64,000 nt of DNA from Patescibacteria group bacterium (GCA_040384445.1 JAZKJG010000001.1:249483-313482), one strand, 5' to 3'; shown: positions 9,125 through 18,902, counted from the first letter of the stretch. Notes: a model not told the origin generated them from the letters alone. Program-made: numbers and translations.

Positions 9125-9676
9125 TTATAGATTAACTTCTGGTGCTACATCAGCTCCTCCTGCAGCTTCAAAGTATGGCTGTGCGTCAAATCCAAACATC
9201 GCAGCAAATATAGATCCAGGGAGTCTCTTTACCTTTAAGTTATAACTTTGAATCACAGAGTTGTATCCTTGTCTTTCAACCGCAATTCTGTTTTCAGTTC
9301 CTGCCAGTTCTACCATCAGAGTCTGAACTGCCTCGATAGATCGTAGTTGTGGATAATTTTCCATTACAACTAGTAGTCGAGATAGTGATGATTCTACTTG
9401 ATTTGCTGCCTGCACTTTATCAGCTTGAGTTGCCGCCCCGCTGTATCGTGTTCGAGCCTCAGCAAGAGCTGTGAATACTTCTGTTTCCTGCTTCATAACT
9501 CCTTGAACAGAGTTTACAAGGTTAGGAATAAGATCAAATCTTCTTTGATACTGATTTTCAACTTGTGCCCACTTGCTTGTATATTCTTCTCGTGAAGTTA
9601 CAAGTCCGTTATACGAACTTAACAAGACTAATCCGATAACTACAATAATTCCAATCCAAATGTATGTTTTTTTCAT
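9125..9676 (-). CDS. lemA: LemA family protein
   Basis: 183 aa; N-terminal TM and conserved LemA core (RRFDLIPNLVNSV...); 9-nt gap to the TPM gene. Confidence 0.75.
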   Translation of the reverse strand: MKKTYIWIGIIVVIGLVLLSSYNGLVTSREEYTSKWAQVENQYQRRFDLIPNLVNSVQGVMKQETEVFTALAEARTRYSGAATQADKVQAANQVESSLSRLLVVMENYPQLRSIEAVQTLMVELAGTENRIAVERQGYNSVIQSYNLKVKRLPGSIFAAMFGFDAQPYFEAAGGADVAPEVNL

Positions 9677-9704
9677 ACTTGGATTATAGCATAGGTGTCA
9701 AATA

Positions 9705-10655
9705 TTATGCACTCAATCCACAAAGCTTTTTTATCTCTTTAATTCTCTTAAGTGCAACTTTATTTGCCTGCTTATTTCCCTTTTCTACAACTTTCAAAAT
9801 TACCTTCATATTCTTCGCAAGCTTTTCTCGTCTTTCTCTTAAAGGTTTTATAAATGCATCAAGATCGTCTATAAGTGCCTCCTTTAAAGCTTTATACTTT
9901 CCTTTATGTAACTCATAAAGTGGTGCAAGCTCAGCCTCAGTCTTGATAAGTTTATGAATGTTGTAGACGTGAGTTGGAACATCGGATCCAGAGTCAGTCA
10001 CGATACTCATTACCAGTTTTTGAATTTCTTCTCGAGTAGAAAACAATGGGATTGTATTTCCATAACTCTTACTCATTTTCTTTCCATCGATTCCAGGTAC
10101 AAGTTGTGCATCGGCAATTAAAATCTCTTTTGGTTCTACAAAATATTCTCCATACTCATGATTAAATTTTCGTACTACGTCTCGAGCAATCTCAACATGC
10201 TGTTTATTATCAATTCCTACTGGCACATGAGTTGTTCCGTACAGGAGAATATCTGCAGCCATAAGCACTGGGTACAGAAACGTTCCGGCTAATACTTCTT
10301 TCCCTTTCGCCTCTGCGTCTTTATATAAATGTCCTCGCATCAAGTATGGTACCGTCATCAAGTAAGAGAAAATCATTGCCAGTTCAGAATGAGCAGGTAC
10401 TGCTGACTGAATAAACAACGTAGAGTTCTTTGGATCAATTCCAATAGCTAAATAGTCAAGTATGATGTCAAGACTTGCTTGTCTCATTGCTTCACCCTTA
10501 TTGGCGTCAAGCGTATGCATGTCTGCAACCATAAAAAACTTATCAGCACTTTTGTGCTCGTTTTGCATTTCCACAAATTGTCGCATTGCACCAAAATAAT
10601 TTCCAATATGCGGTCTTCCACTTGGTCGTACTCCTGATAAAATAATATTTTTCAT
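9705..10655 (-). CDS. trpS: Tryptophan--tRNA ligase
   Basis: 316 aa; HIGN (HIGH-class) and KMSKS motifs; N-terminus SGVRPSGRPHIGNYFGA typical of TrpRS. Confidence 0.85.
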   Translation of the reverse strand: MKNIILSGVRPSGRPHIGNYFGAMRQFVEMQNEHKSADKFFMVADMHTLDANKGEAMRQASLDIILDYLAIGIDPKNSTLFIQSAVPAHSELAMIFSYLMTVPYLMRGHLYKDAEAKGKEVLAGTFLYPVLMAADILLYGTTHVPVGIDNKQHVEIARDVVRKFNHEYGEYFVEPKEILIADAQLVPGIDGKKMSKSYGNTIPLFSTREEIQKLVMSIVTDSGSDVPTHVYNIHKLIKTEAELAPLYELHKGKYKALKEALIDDLDAFIKPLRERREKLAKNMKVILKVVEKGNKQANKVALKRIKEIKKLCGLSA

Positions 10656-10662
10656 ATAGTTT

Positions 10663-12141
10663 TTATTGTTTAGGTTTCAATAATGGAAACAATATCACAT
10701 CTCGTAGGTTTGGCTGATTTGTAAGCAAGGCGATCACACGCTCAACCCCCATTCCCCATCCTGACATTGGAGGCATTCCATGTTCCATCGCCTCTACATA
10801 TTCATCATCTTTTTGCATCGCTTCATCATCCCCCGCATCTCTAAATTCTCCCTGCTTTGCAAATCGTTCGGCTTGATCAATTGGATCAACCAACTCACTG
10901 TATGCATTTACAATTTCCCAGCCGTTTAACACTAGTTGGAATCTATCTGTTACTTCTCCGTTCTCATCGTTCTTTCGAGCAAGAGGAGAAATATCTATAG
11001 GATGATGCGTCAAAAACGTAGGCTTCACGAGTTTTGGTCGAGAAACTTTTTTGTACAATGAGTCAATCATGTTTCCCCGCCCAAGTGTATCAATATCTTT
11101 AATCTGAATATTTAATTTTTGGATAGCAGCTTTTAGAGTTTCTGTATCAGGATACAAATCAATATCAATTCCACAATCTGCAATTAATAATTCTCTAAAT
11201 GTTTTTCTATCCCACGGTGGCGTTAAATCAACTGTCACGAGTTCTCCGTCTCTATTCATACACTGAATTTCCATAGTACCTCGAAGTTTCCCAATAATTT
11301 CCGTAAACATTTCCTCTGTAAACTTCATATTATCTTTGTAATCCCAGTACGCCGCATAGTGCTCTATCATCGTAAATTCTTGTAAATGAGACGCGTCCAT
11401 TCCCTCATTTCGAAATACTCGAGCAACTTCAAATACTCGATCAAATCCCCCTACAATTGCTTCCTTAAGGTAAATCTCTGGCGCAATTCGAAGATACACA
11501 TCCATATCAAGTGCATTGTAGTGAGTTATAAAAGGTTTAGCTAAAGCACCAGAAGCAGATGTTTGCAGAACTGGTGTATCAACTTCTACGAAATTATGTT
11601 TGTTATAGAAATTTCGAAGTTCATGTAAAAAAGCAGAACGGAATTTAAATCTATCCATTGTTTCCTGATTACTAATAAGATCAAGATATCGTTTTCTGTA
11701 TACAGTTTCTGTATCAGTAAGTCCGTGCCATTTTTCAGGGAGTGGACGCAATGATTTTGAAAGAAATGTAAATCCAGTCACAAGTACTGAGATCTCACCT
11801 TTTTGAGTTGTAAAAATTGTTCCCTCTGCACCAACAAAATCACCAACATGAATCATATCTATTAATTCATCAAATGTTTCTCCCATTACATCAGCCTTAG
11901 CAACGATCTGTAATTGACCTGAAAAATCTTGCAGTTTAATGAATGCGAGCTTTCCCATATTTCGTAAAAAGACAATTCGTCCACACACTTTTACTTCTGC
12001 TCCTTCGGCCTTTTGTTTTGCATCATTCAACACATCACTTCTCTCAAATTTGTCGGCAAATGCAGTGATTCCTTTTTCTTGTATACTTTCTAGTTTTTTT
12101 ACACGGTCCAGTCGTTCGTCGTGTGATGATGCGGGTTCCAT
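10663..12141 (-). CDS. lysS: Lysine--tRNA ligase (class II)
   Basis: 492 aa; N-terminal OB anticodon-binding domain plus class II core (EFTMIEHYAAYWDY, GMGVERV). Confidence 0.85.
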   Translation of the reverse strand: MEPASSHDERLDRVKKLESIQEKGITAFADKFERSDVLNDAKQKAEGAEVKVCGRIVFLRNMGKLAFIKLQDFSGQLQIVAKADVMGETFDELIDMIHVGDFVGAEGTIFTTQKGEISVLVTGFTFLSKSLRPLPEKWHGLTDTETVYRKRYLDLISNQETMDRFKFRSAFLHELRNFYNKHNFVEVDTPVLQTSASGALAKPFITHYNALDMDVYLRIAPEIYLKEAIVGGFDRVFEVARVFRNEGMDASHLQEFTMIEHYAAYWDYKDNMKFTEEMFTEIIGKLRGTMEIQCMNRDGELVTVDLTPPWDRKTFRELLIADCGIDIDLYPDTETLKAAIQKLNIQIKDIDTLGRGNMIDSLYKKVSRPKLVKPTFLTHHPIDISPLARKNDENGEVTDRFQLVLNGWEIVNAYSELVDPIDQAERFAKQGEFRDAGDDEAMQKDDEYVEAMEHGMPPMSGWGMGVERVIALLTNQPNLRDVILFPLLKPKQ

Positions 12142-12452
12142 GGAGGGATTATAGCATAGGAATTTGAGTAAATATAATAAAAAAGATCCCCTCCCCGTGA
12201 AGGGAGGAGACGGTTTTGTTCCATACCAGGAGCTCAGGTATGCCTGAGAGTTAAGGATCTACCGGGGCAACATCAGTAGCTTGTTTGCTTGTCAGTAGTT
12301 TGATCCTGTAAACGCTTCACCGAAGCCTTCGGCACTTCGTTTACACACTCCTCCTCGGATTCATTAGCGTGTGCCAATTTAGCCATAGGTCTGGGCCGTT
12401 TTGGACCCTCTCGTACATACTGATCAAGTAGTGCACTTTCAGGAACGCAACC
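12142..12452 (-). promoter_or_regulatory. ~310-nt structured 5' leader of lysS (candidate riboswitch / T-box-like attenuator), class undetermined
   Basis: Putative promoter TTGTAA-N16-TAATCT at 12460-12487 on the minus strand; multiple hairpins (CUCAGG-CAUA-CCUGAG, GUAAACG...CGUUUAC, UUCG-type loop); the sequence UGGAACAAAACCG lies immediately 5' of the terminator strand; GAGGAGGAG upstream can pair alternatively with the CUCCUCC of the terminator. Confidence 0.4.
12175..12211 (-). terminator. Intrinsic terminator/attenuator ~35 nt upstream of the lysS start codon
   Basis: Minus-strand read: gtctcctccc-ttcacg-gggagggga followed by tcttttttatt; the lysS ATG follows 40 nt later. Confidence 0.55.
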
Positions 12453-12493
12453 TTTTTTCAGATTACTATATTTATAAAATTTTTACAAGCACA

Positions 12494-14086
12494 TTACATG
12501 CCCTTAAGCTCAATAATAAACGTAGAACCTTTGCCTTCTCCTGCAGATTCTGCCCACAAATGTCCTTCATGAGCTTCAACAAATGATTTTGCAATAAAGA
12601 GTCCAAGTCCAGTCCCTAAAATGTTTGCCTGTGAAGCGTCTGGCGCACGTGAGAATTTTACGAAAAGTTTTGGCATAACTTCAGCTGAAATTCCAACCCC
12701 TGTATCACTTACTTCTACCCGTACAATACCATCTGTTTTTCTGCATGCAGTTATCGTAATACTTCCCTTTGGTGTGTACTTGATAGAGTTGTCAATAATA
12801 TTCATGATAACTTGCTTCAACTTGGTTCTATCTGCACGTACGTTAAACAATCCTCCTTCATCAGTTTTTGGAATATTATCAACACATGCCAATCCAGATC
12901 GTTCAAATGAGGGAGCAAGTTCTGTCATACACTCTCGAAGTAATTCTCGTAGATCTAGATTCACAAAGTCGTAATGCATTCTCCCTTGTTCAATTCGAGT
13001 TACATCAAGGTAATCATTTACCACAGACGCAAGAGTTGTACACGAAAGTTCCATAACTCCGAGTGCTTCTTTAGCTTCTTTAGATACCGGACCAAGATCC
13101 TCATCACGAAGGAGTGAGATATATCCTTTGATTGATGTAAGCGGTCCTCGAATCTGATGTGATGCAAGAGATACGAACTCTGATTTTTCTTCTGAGATTC
13201 GGTGGAGTTCTGCGTTTTTCTTAACGAGGAGTTCGGATGATTTTTGCAATTCCTCTTTAGTTTTGATTTCCACTTTTACGCTTTTTATAAACAACCAACT
13301 AAAGATTGCCACAAAAATAAAGATTACAATCTTAAATGTAATTTGACTCACACCTTCTGATAAGATTATTTCTATAAATGAAATAAGAATGAGTGCAGAA
13401 GTAAACAGCTGCGCCGTAACCACCTTTGGACTCAATACCTTATATCGTATAACTCCATACACCATCACAATGATATATAAGATAACGATATAGTTTCCGA
13501 AAGGATATATATTAAAGAATTGCGGGAAAAAGTTTGTTCCACCTGCAGTAAATCCAATAAGGCACACGATAAGGGTGTTTTTCAACTGAGAACGGTATGT
13601 GCTTCCTGGTTCGATCTTTTTCAACGTATTCCAAATATGAAATACGCTTAAGATCACAGTACTAGCAAAAAATATTGGGAACAAAATATAAAGTGGTCCT
13701 GGATTAATCCAAAAGAAATCAAACTTTTGGACCATTCCAACTTTGAACAAAGGAGAGAAACTGAGGATAGCCATCGCAAAACTCACAATATACAAAATTG
13801 TTCTTGTATATGTTTTTTTATACCTAAGTAGCGTTGCAACAAAGGCAAAATATGTTGAAGGAATCCAGACTGCGGATGCATCCAAAATATATTGCCACTT
13901 AAATGCACTTTCTGCAGTTGATGCACTTGTAAGAAAATACAGTGCCATACTCCATGCTGCAAACGGGATCGAAAAATAGAACCAGTATCTGTTTACTTTA
14001 TTTTCTCTATCAGACTGGAATGCTACAACACTAAATAGAATTGTTGTGAGACTGAGTATAAGGCTCGAGAGACTAAAAGCTGACAT
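12494..14086 (-). CDS. Sensor histidine kinase with a multi-TM N-terminal sensor domain (orphan, no adjacent response regulator)
   Basis: 530 aa; ~7 TM; H-box HQIRGPLTSIKGY; HATPase_c G-boxes (GTGLGLFIAKSFVEAHEG). Confidence 0.8.
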   Translation of the reverse strand: MSAFSLSSLILSLTTILFSVVAFQSDRENKVNRYWFYFSIPFAAWSMALYFLTSASTAESAFKWQYILDASAVWIPSTYFAFVATLLRYKKTYTRTILYIVSFAMAILSFSPLFKVGMVQKFDFFWINPGPLYILFPIFFASTVILSVFHIWNTLKKIEPGSTYRSQLKNTLIVCLIGFTAGGTNFFPQFFNIYPFGNYIVILYIIVMVYGVIRYKVLSPKVVTAQLFTSALILISFIEIILSEGVSQITFKIVIFIFVAIFSWLFIKSVKVEIKTKEELQKSSELLVKKNAELHRISEEKSEFVSLASHQIRGPLTSIKGYISLLRDEDLGPVSKEAKEALGVMELSCTTLASVVNDYLDVTRIEQGRMHYDFVNLDLRELLRECMTELAPSFERSGLACVDNIPKTDEGGLFNVRADRTKLKQVIMNIIDNSIKYTPKGSITITACRKTDGIVRVEVSDTGVGISAEVMPKLFVKFSRAPDASQANILGTGLGLFIAKSFVEAHEGHLWAESAGEGKGSTFIIELKGM

Positions 14087-14110
14087 GTGATGATTGTATC
14101 ATATTATATT

Positions 14111-14806
14111 TTAATGAGGATATGTCTTTCCAGAAAGTTTTGCAATTTCTCGCATAATAGCACTCGTCACTTCTTCTAAAACAACAGGGTCCTTGTAACC
14201 ATCTTTAAGATGATCAAAATACATTGGTTCTCCAACAACTATCTCTGCAGTTTTTGAAAAATTAACTTTCTTACTTGCCTTGTTGTGAATATGATGTGTT
14301 CCTTTAATTCCAACAGGTATTACAGGTACATTATGTTGTAATGCATAGCGAGCCACACCAGTAAAAGCTTTCAACATTTCTGTATCTGAATGAGATCGTG
14401 TTCCTTCTGGGAAAATTCCAATCAAATTTTTCTTAAACAAATGTTTTTCAACTGTTGCGTGAACTTCAGATTTATCATGCGCATTCCTTTCAACTTTGAT
14501 TTGACCAGTTGAAAGCATGAGTGGTTTCCAAAGTTTATGGTGAAAAAATTTCTCCGCAGATAGGAAATGTATATTTCTTCCTGACACTGAGATCAAACAT
14601 AAGAAATCAAATATACTTTGGTGGTTTGCTGCGATTATTCCTGCCTCTTTATGCTTTTTAATATGATGAACATTCGAGTGAGATTTTACCCATATAGATT
14701 TTATAAACGGAGACATTATGGCTCGTACTGCCATATATGTATATTTAGTCAGAGTACTGTGGGATTTCATAGATATAATCATAAGCTTAATATCCATATA
14801 TTGCAA
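14111..14806 (-). CDS. plsC: 1-acyl-sn-glycerol-3-phosphate acyltransferase family (PlsC-like)
   Basis: 231 aa; HxxxxD (NHQSIFD) and FPEGTRS motifs. Confidence 0.65.
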   Translation of the reverse strand: MQYMDIKLMIISMKSHSTLTKYTYMAVRAIMSPFIKSIWVKSHSNVHHIKKHKEAGIIAANHQSIFDFLCLISVSGRNIHFLSAEKFFHHKLWKPLMLSTGQIKVERNAHDKSEVHATVEKHLFKKNLIGIFPEGTRSHSDTEMLKAFTGVARYALQHNVPVIPVGIKGTHHIHNKASKKVNFSKTAEIVVGEPMYFDHLKDGYKDPVVLEEVTSAIMREIAKLSGKTYPH

Positions 14807-14921
14807 TTGTTTTTCGGTATATACCTTGCTTTTATACCTTAATGGTGATATAATGTTTTCGTGTGAGGAACTTCCTACTCCTTACGATTCCCGTACCTTC
14901 ACCTATGGTCTGTAGGAGATC

Positions 14922-15653
14922 ATGTATCCCATCAATATATTGAAAACCTTATTTGTCCCCGGTCTCTGGTTCAACCCAGATGGACCGATTGGAGAGAAGC
15001 TCCAAGAACGCTTCGAACGCCTCACTGTTCTGCGTCATTGTGGAATGGATCTTAAAAGTCGTGTGAAAAATTTGAAAGAAAACATTCACCCGACCGACGA
15101 AACAACGATCGTTGGTCACAGCGCAGGCTGCGTTGTGATTCTTGAAGCAATGAAAGAGCTTCCAGCGGAACACAATATTAAGAACATCATCCTAATGAAT
15201 CCGGCTCCTGTTAAAGGGATCAAGTTCGGATTCAAGGATGAATTGTTCTGGAAAATGATGTACCCTCCCTACGTGGCAGCAATGATGTTTGGAAAGAAAT
15301 TCGAGTTAACTCCTACACACGTAGGACAACTCCTCTCCATTCAAAAAGAAAAGCTTCCTGCGGTCTGTGAAAACTTCACCCCAGATAGCGGAAAATTTGC
15401 TCGCGAGTTGGTTTTGAACCAGTTCAAACAGAAGGAGCGTATTACGATTCCGAAAAATATCAAACTTAGTGTTCTGGAGTCTGAAGGAGACATGATGATC
15501 GGCAGCACAATCAAGCAAACCATTCACCACCTCCGTCTCCACAACTCTGGACGTGTCACCACCACCGTACGAGTAGGCGGCCATCTCTGGGCCCTTCAAA
15601 ACGCCAAAGAGGTTGTGGACTACTTTGCTCCACTTCAACCTGCATTATCCTGA
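14922..15653 (+). CDS. Alpha/beta-hydrolase fold protein (putative esterase)
   Basis: 243 aa; GHSAG nucleophile elbow (GxSxG); AGGAG Shine-Dalgarno 5 nt upstream. Confidence 0.5.
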   Translation: MYPINILKTLFVPGLWFNPDGPIGEKLQERFERLTVLRHCGMDLKSRVKNLKENIHPTDETTIVGHSAGCVVILEAMKELPAEHNIKNIILMNPAPVKGIKFGFKDELFWKMMYPPYVAAMMFGKKFELTPTHVGQLLSIQKEKLPAVCENFTPDSGKFARELVLNQFKQKERITIPKNIKLSVLESEGDMMIGSTIKQTIHHLRLHNSGRVTTTVRVGGHLWALQNAKEVVDYFAPLQPALS

Positions 15654-15663
15654 TTCAAACGAA

Positions 15664-15701
15664 CCCCCCAGTACCCAACCCGGTACTCGGGGGTGTTTTT
15701 T
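15664..15701 (+). terminator. Intrinsic terminator
   Basis: ccccccagtacc...ggtactcggggg followed by tgtttttt. Confidence 0.6.
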
Positions 15702-15717
15702 ATGTTACACTCCTCAG

Positions 15718-16158
15718 ATGACCATCACTGTAATCACCATCTCAGGAGTAAAAAACAAAACAATCCTTCCTCTTATCGCAGAATACGTAAAAAGAATTAG
15801 TCGATATTCTAAAATCCAAGTTTTAGACATCAAAGAAGAAAAACGAGAGAATCACATCATCAATATCAAACACGCATATCCATCTTCATATATTTTCGCA
15901 TTAGATGAAGAAGGAAAAACCTACACCTCAGATTCATTTGCAAAACACATTGAACATATTCAAACCCATATCTCGAGTAATATTATCTTCGTTATCGGAC
16001 CTTCTGCAGGATTTAGTGTTGAAGAATTAAAAACTGCTAATCAAAAATTATCTCTCTCGTCCCTAACCTTTCCACATGAACTTGCAACAATGTTAGTTTG
16101 TGAACAGGTATATAGAGCGCTCACCATTTTAAACAATCATCCGTATCATAAAGAATAG
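15718..16158 (+). CDS. rlmH: 23S rRNA (pseudouridine1915-N3)-methyltransferase RlmH
   Basis: Start taken at internal ATG 15718 (MTITVITISGVK...); SPOUT fold; C-terminus NHPYHKE matches the RlmH NHPYHRE signature. Confidence 0.8.
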   Translation: MTITVITISGVKNKTILPLIAEYVKRISRYSKIQVLDIKEEKRENHIINIKHAYPSSYIFALDEEGKTYTSDSFAKHIEHIQTHISSNIIFVIGPSAGFSVEELKTANQKLSLSSLTFPHELATMLVCEQVYRALTILNNHPYHKE

Positions 16159-17403
16159 CTAGAAAATCTCCCCCCAAATCTCCCCTACATAATCTACAAC
16201 TTCATCCAACTTCACCTCCGTACTTACATTTGTCTTTCGCACCTTCACCTCACACATCCCTTTCTCCAAAGTCTTTGGACCCACAATAATCTGCACAGGC
16301 ATTCCGAGCATATCAGCATCTGTCATTTTATCTTTAATACTCATGATTCGGTCGTCGAACAAAGCATTGTCTAGTTTAGAATAAATCTCTTCACTCGCAG
16401 CATATACTGCATCACCTTTTTCTTTGTGTAAACTTACAATTTCAATTCCAAATGGCGCTACAGCTTTCGGCCATACAAGCCCAAGATCATCTGCATATTT
16501 TTCTACAATCACTCCCATCACTCGCGTGATTCCAATCCCGTATGATCCTAGAATTACAGGTTTCTGAACACCATCATTATCCATATATAGTAGACCCATT
16601 TTTTCTGACTTCTCACCTCCGAAGCTGAAAATATTTCCAACCTCTGCAGTTTTTACTTTCTCCAATTTCTCAGTATCCACTCCCTCAATAGCTTCTTCGT
16701 TATACGCAATCATTTTTTCTCTATCAATATAGACAACGTCCTCCCCCGCATCGCAGATTGTTTGAAACTCGTGAGAAGTATTTTTTGTAAATGCACCACC
16801 TGACGCCAGAGTTAAAAAGGTATCTTGTCCAAGACCAACTCTGTTATAGAAATTTGTGTACGCTTCAATCATTCGTGAATAAAATGCCGCGTGCATTTCA
16901 TCATCCTTTGAATATGAATATAAATCCTTCATCACAAATTCTCGTCCTCGCATAATACCACTTTTTGCTCGAAGTTCATTTCGAAGCTTTGTTTGAAACT
17001 GGTATACGTAAATTGGAAGATCTTTATAACTGTGAATAGAGTGCGTCATCATGTCTGTAATCGGTTCTTCATGCGACCATCCAAACCCAACTTCAGTTCC
17101 ATTTTTAAGTGTACTCTTAAACCATACATCTACATTTTCATCACTCCATCGATCTGTCTTTTCCCAAATATCTTTTCGCTGAAGTGCTGTCATGATAATC
17201 TCCTGCCCGTTCGCCTTATTCATCTCATCTCGAGCAATCTGTTTAAGTTTTTCAATCACCATCAACCCAAAAGGCATGTATGCGTACACTCCCGCCATTT
17301 CCTTATGAACATATCCTGCTTGAATCAGAATTTGAGCATTTTTTGCCGCCTCATCAGACGGAAATTCTTTCCGAGTTTTAGTGAAGATGTTGCTGTGTCG
17401 CAT
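16159..17403 (-). CDS. proS: Proline--tRNA ligase, short bacterial form without INS editing domain
   Basis: 414 aa; class II motifs, PFGLMVIEKL, FRNELRAKSGIMRGREFVMKD. Confidence 0.85.
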   Translation of the reverse strand: MRHSNIFTKTRKEFPSDEAAKNAQILIQAGYVHKEMAGVYAYMPFGLMVIEKLKQIARDEMNKANGQEIIMTALQRKDIWEKTDRWSDENVDVWFKSTLKNGTEVGFGWSHEEPITDMMTHSIHSYKDLPIYVYQFQTKLRNELRAKSGIMRGREFVMKDLYSYSKDDEMHAAFYSRMIEAYTNFYNRVGLGQDTFLTLASGGAFTKNTSHEFQTICDAGEDVVYIDREKMIAYNEEAIEGVDTEKLEKVKTAEVGNIFSFGGEKSEKMGLLYMDNDGVQKPVILGSYGIGITRVMGVIVEKYADDLGLVWPKAVAPFGIEIVSLHKEKGDAVYAASEEIYSKLDNALFDDRIMSIKDKMTDADMLGMPVQIIVGPKTLEKGMCEVKVRKTNVSTEVKLDEVVDYVGEIWGEIF

Positions 17404-17463
17404 AGATATATTGATACTATCATAACCTTGCTAAACATTCTATAAACGGCTATACTCACACCC

Positions 17464-18042
17464 ATGGCATTAATTGAATACAGTGACATTGTCACACGAA
17501 AAACTATTATCTTTGAAGGAGAACCGTATGAAATTTTGGATCACCATATTTTCCGAAAACAGATGCGAAAGCCTGTAAACGCAGTTAAAATGCGAAACCT
17601 TATCTCAGGGAGAACTATTGAACATTCTTTCCAAGCAACAGAAAAGGCAGAAGAAGCTGAACTAGAAACAGCTAAAGTTAAATATCTATTTAATAACAAG
17701 GGAGAATGGTGGTTCTGTCCTGAGAATGAACCGTCAAAACGTTTCAAACTTGCAGACACACTTATTGGAGACAGTCGAAAGTTTTTGAAGACAAATGCAA
17801 TTATCGATGTAAAGTACTTTGGAGAACTTGCTATCGGTGTAAAACTTCCTGTTAAGATTGATCTTGAAGTAACAGAAGCTCCGCCAACAGTCCGAGGCGA
17901 TACCGCAAAAGGAGGAAACAAAATTGTTACTCTTGAGACTGGCGCAGAAGTTCAATGTCCAATGTTCATCGGTCCTGGTGACATCATCAGAATCAATACC
18001 GATACTGGAGAGTACGCAGAGCGAGTGTCTGTTGCTAAGTAA
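17464..18042 (+). CDS. efp: Elongation factor P
   Basis: 192 aa; three OB/KOW-like domains; C-terminal GEYAERV block. The KPGKG loop reads RKQMRKP, so the modified Lys of E. coli EF-P is not conserved. Confidence 0.85.
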   Translation: MALIEYSDIVTRKTIIFEGEPYEILDHHIFRKQMRKPVNAVKMRNLISGRTIEHSFQATEKAEEAELETAKVKYLFNNKGEWWFCPENEPSKRFKLADTLIGDSRKFLKTNAIIDVKYFGELAIGVKLPVKIDLEVTEAPPTVRGDTAKGGNKIVTLETGAEVQCPMFIGPGDIIRINTDTGEYAERVSVAK

Positions 18043-18061
18043 GGAAATATATAATTAAAAA

Positions 18062-18094
18062 ACACATACCCGCAGACTAGGCATGTGTTTTTTA
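18062..18094. terminator. Bidirectional hairpin terminator between convergent efp and HAD genes
   Basis: A-run, acacat...atgtgt stem around the loop acccgcagactaggc, then tttttt. Confidence 0.45.
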
Positions 18095-18176
18095 ATTATA
18101 TATTTTTAGCATTGTACTCAAGAGTTTTAGAATTGAAAAATTTTTACAGCGTAATCATGCCTAGTCTGCGGGTATG
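18065..18176. repeat. Perfect 21-bp inverted repeat pair separated by 70 nt
   Basis: catacccgcagactaggcatg at 18065-18085 and its reverse complement catgcctagtctgcgggtatg at 18156-18176. Confidence 0.6.
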
Positions 18177-18197
18177 ATGGAGTTGTAAAAATTTTCA

Positions 18198-18833
18198 TTA
18201 CTCTAAAATAAACCACCCATGACTCTTTGCGTAATCTCTCAATTTCTTAGTTGGAGATACTGCATATCTATATGTTGCTTTAATCATAAGTGGAATATCT
18301 GAATGATGGTCAGAGTATGCAAATGATCCTTCGAAATCATACTTTTGAAGATTAGTAATCTTGTTTTCACCGTAGTTTGGAATTCCCAGAATCTCTCCTG
18401 TATATTTCCCGTCCTCAACTTTAAGCTGTGTTGATGTGTATTGTGGAATGTGAAAAAACTTGGCTGCAGCCTCTACAATAGGTTCAAAAGCAGCACTTGT
18501 GAGTACAACATGCTTACCTGCAGAGATGTGTTTCTCAAGCTCTTCTACAGCTCTAAAATTTTGTATTGATGCGAACTCTGCGAAAACAAACGCTCGAACA
18601 ACTTTTTTCATATATTCAACATCAACCCCTTTAAATAGCTTTGCCGATTCTTTGTATAGTTTCGGCATACTATCTTCTCCAATCAAATGAAGTTTGTATC
18701 GCAAGAAAAAAAAGTGTAATTTCAACACAGTAACAAGTGAAATTATTTTTCTTTTATATAGTACCTGTATAAGTAATCCCTGACTCTGAGTGCGAATAAG
18801 CGTTTTATCCAAATCAAAAAAGACATGTGACAT
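18198..18833 (-). CDS. HAD-superfamily hydrolase (subfamily IB, phosphoserine-phosphatase-like)
   Basis: 211 aa; motif I FDLDKTL; HAD cap/core pattern. Confidence 0.6.
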   Translation of the reverse strand: MSHVFFDLDKTLIRTQSQGLLIQVLYKRKIISLVTVLKLHFFFLRYKLHLIGEDSMPKLYKESAKLFKGVDVEYMKKVVRAFVFAEFASIQNFRAVEELEKHISAGKHVVLTSAAFEPIVEAAAKFFHIPQYTSTQLKVEDGKYTGEILGIPNYGENKITNLQKYDFEGSFAYSDHHSDIPLMIKATYRYAVSPTKKLRDYAKSHGWFILE

Positions 18834-18902
18834 AGGTAGATTATTATACTCGTATGAATTCTTTTTGCAAACCCAATATCACATTACACAACTCTTCTTG
18901 TA

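Noticed and set aside
12142-12493. Considered tmRNA, RNase P RNA or SRP RNA identity for the structured lysS-upstream region
   Set aside because: No tag-peptide reading frame ending in a typical ..AA stop. No tRNA-like GGTTCGA T-loop or CCA end. No RNase P P4 consensus (GGAAAGTCCGG). No SRP domain IV GGAAG/AGCAG motifs. The terminator-before-gene architecture fits a cis-regulatory leader better.
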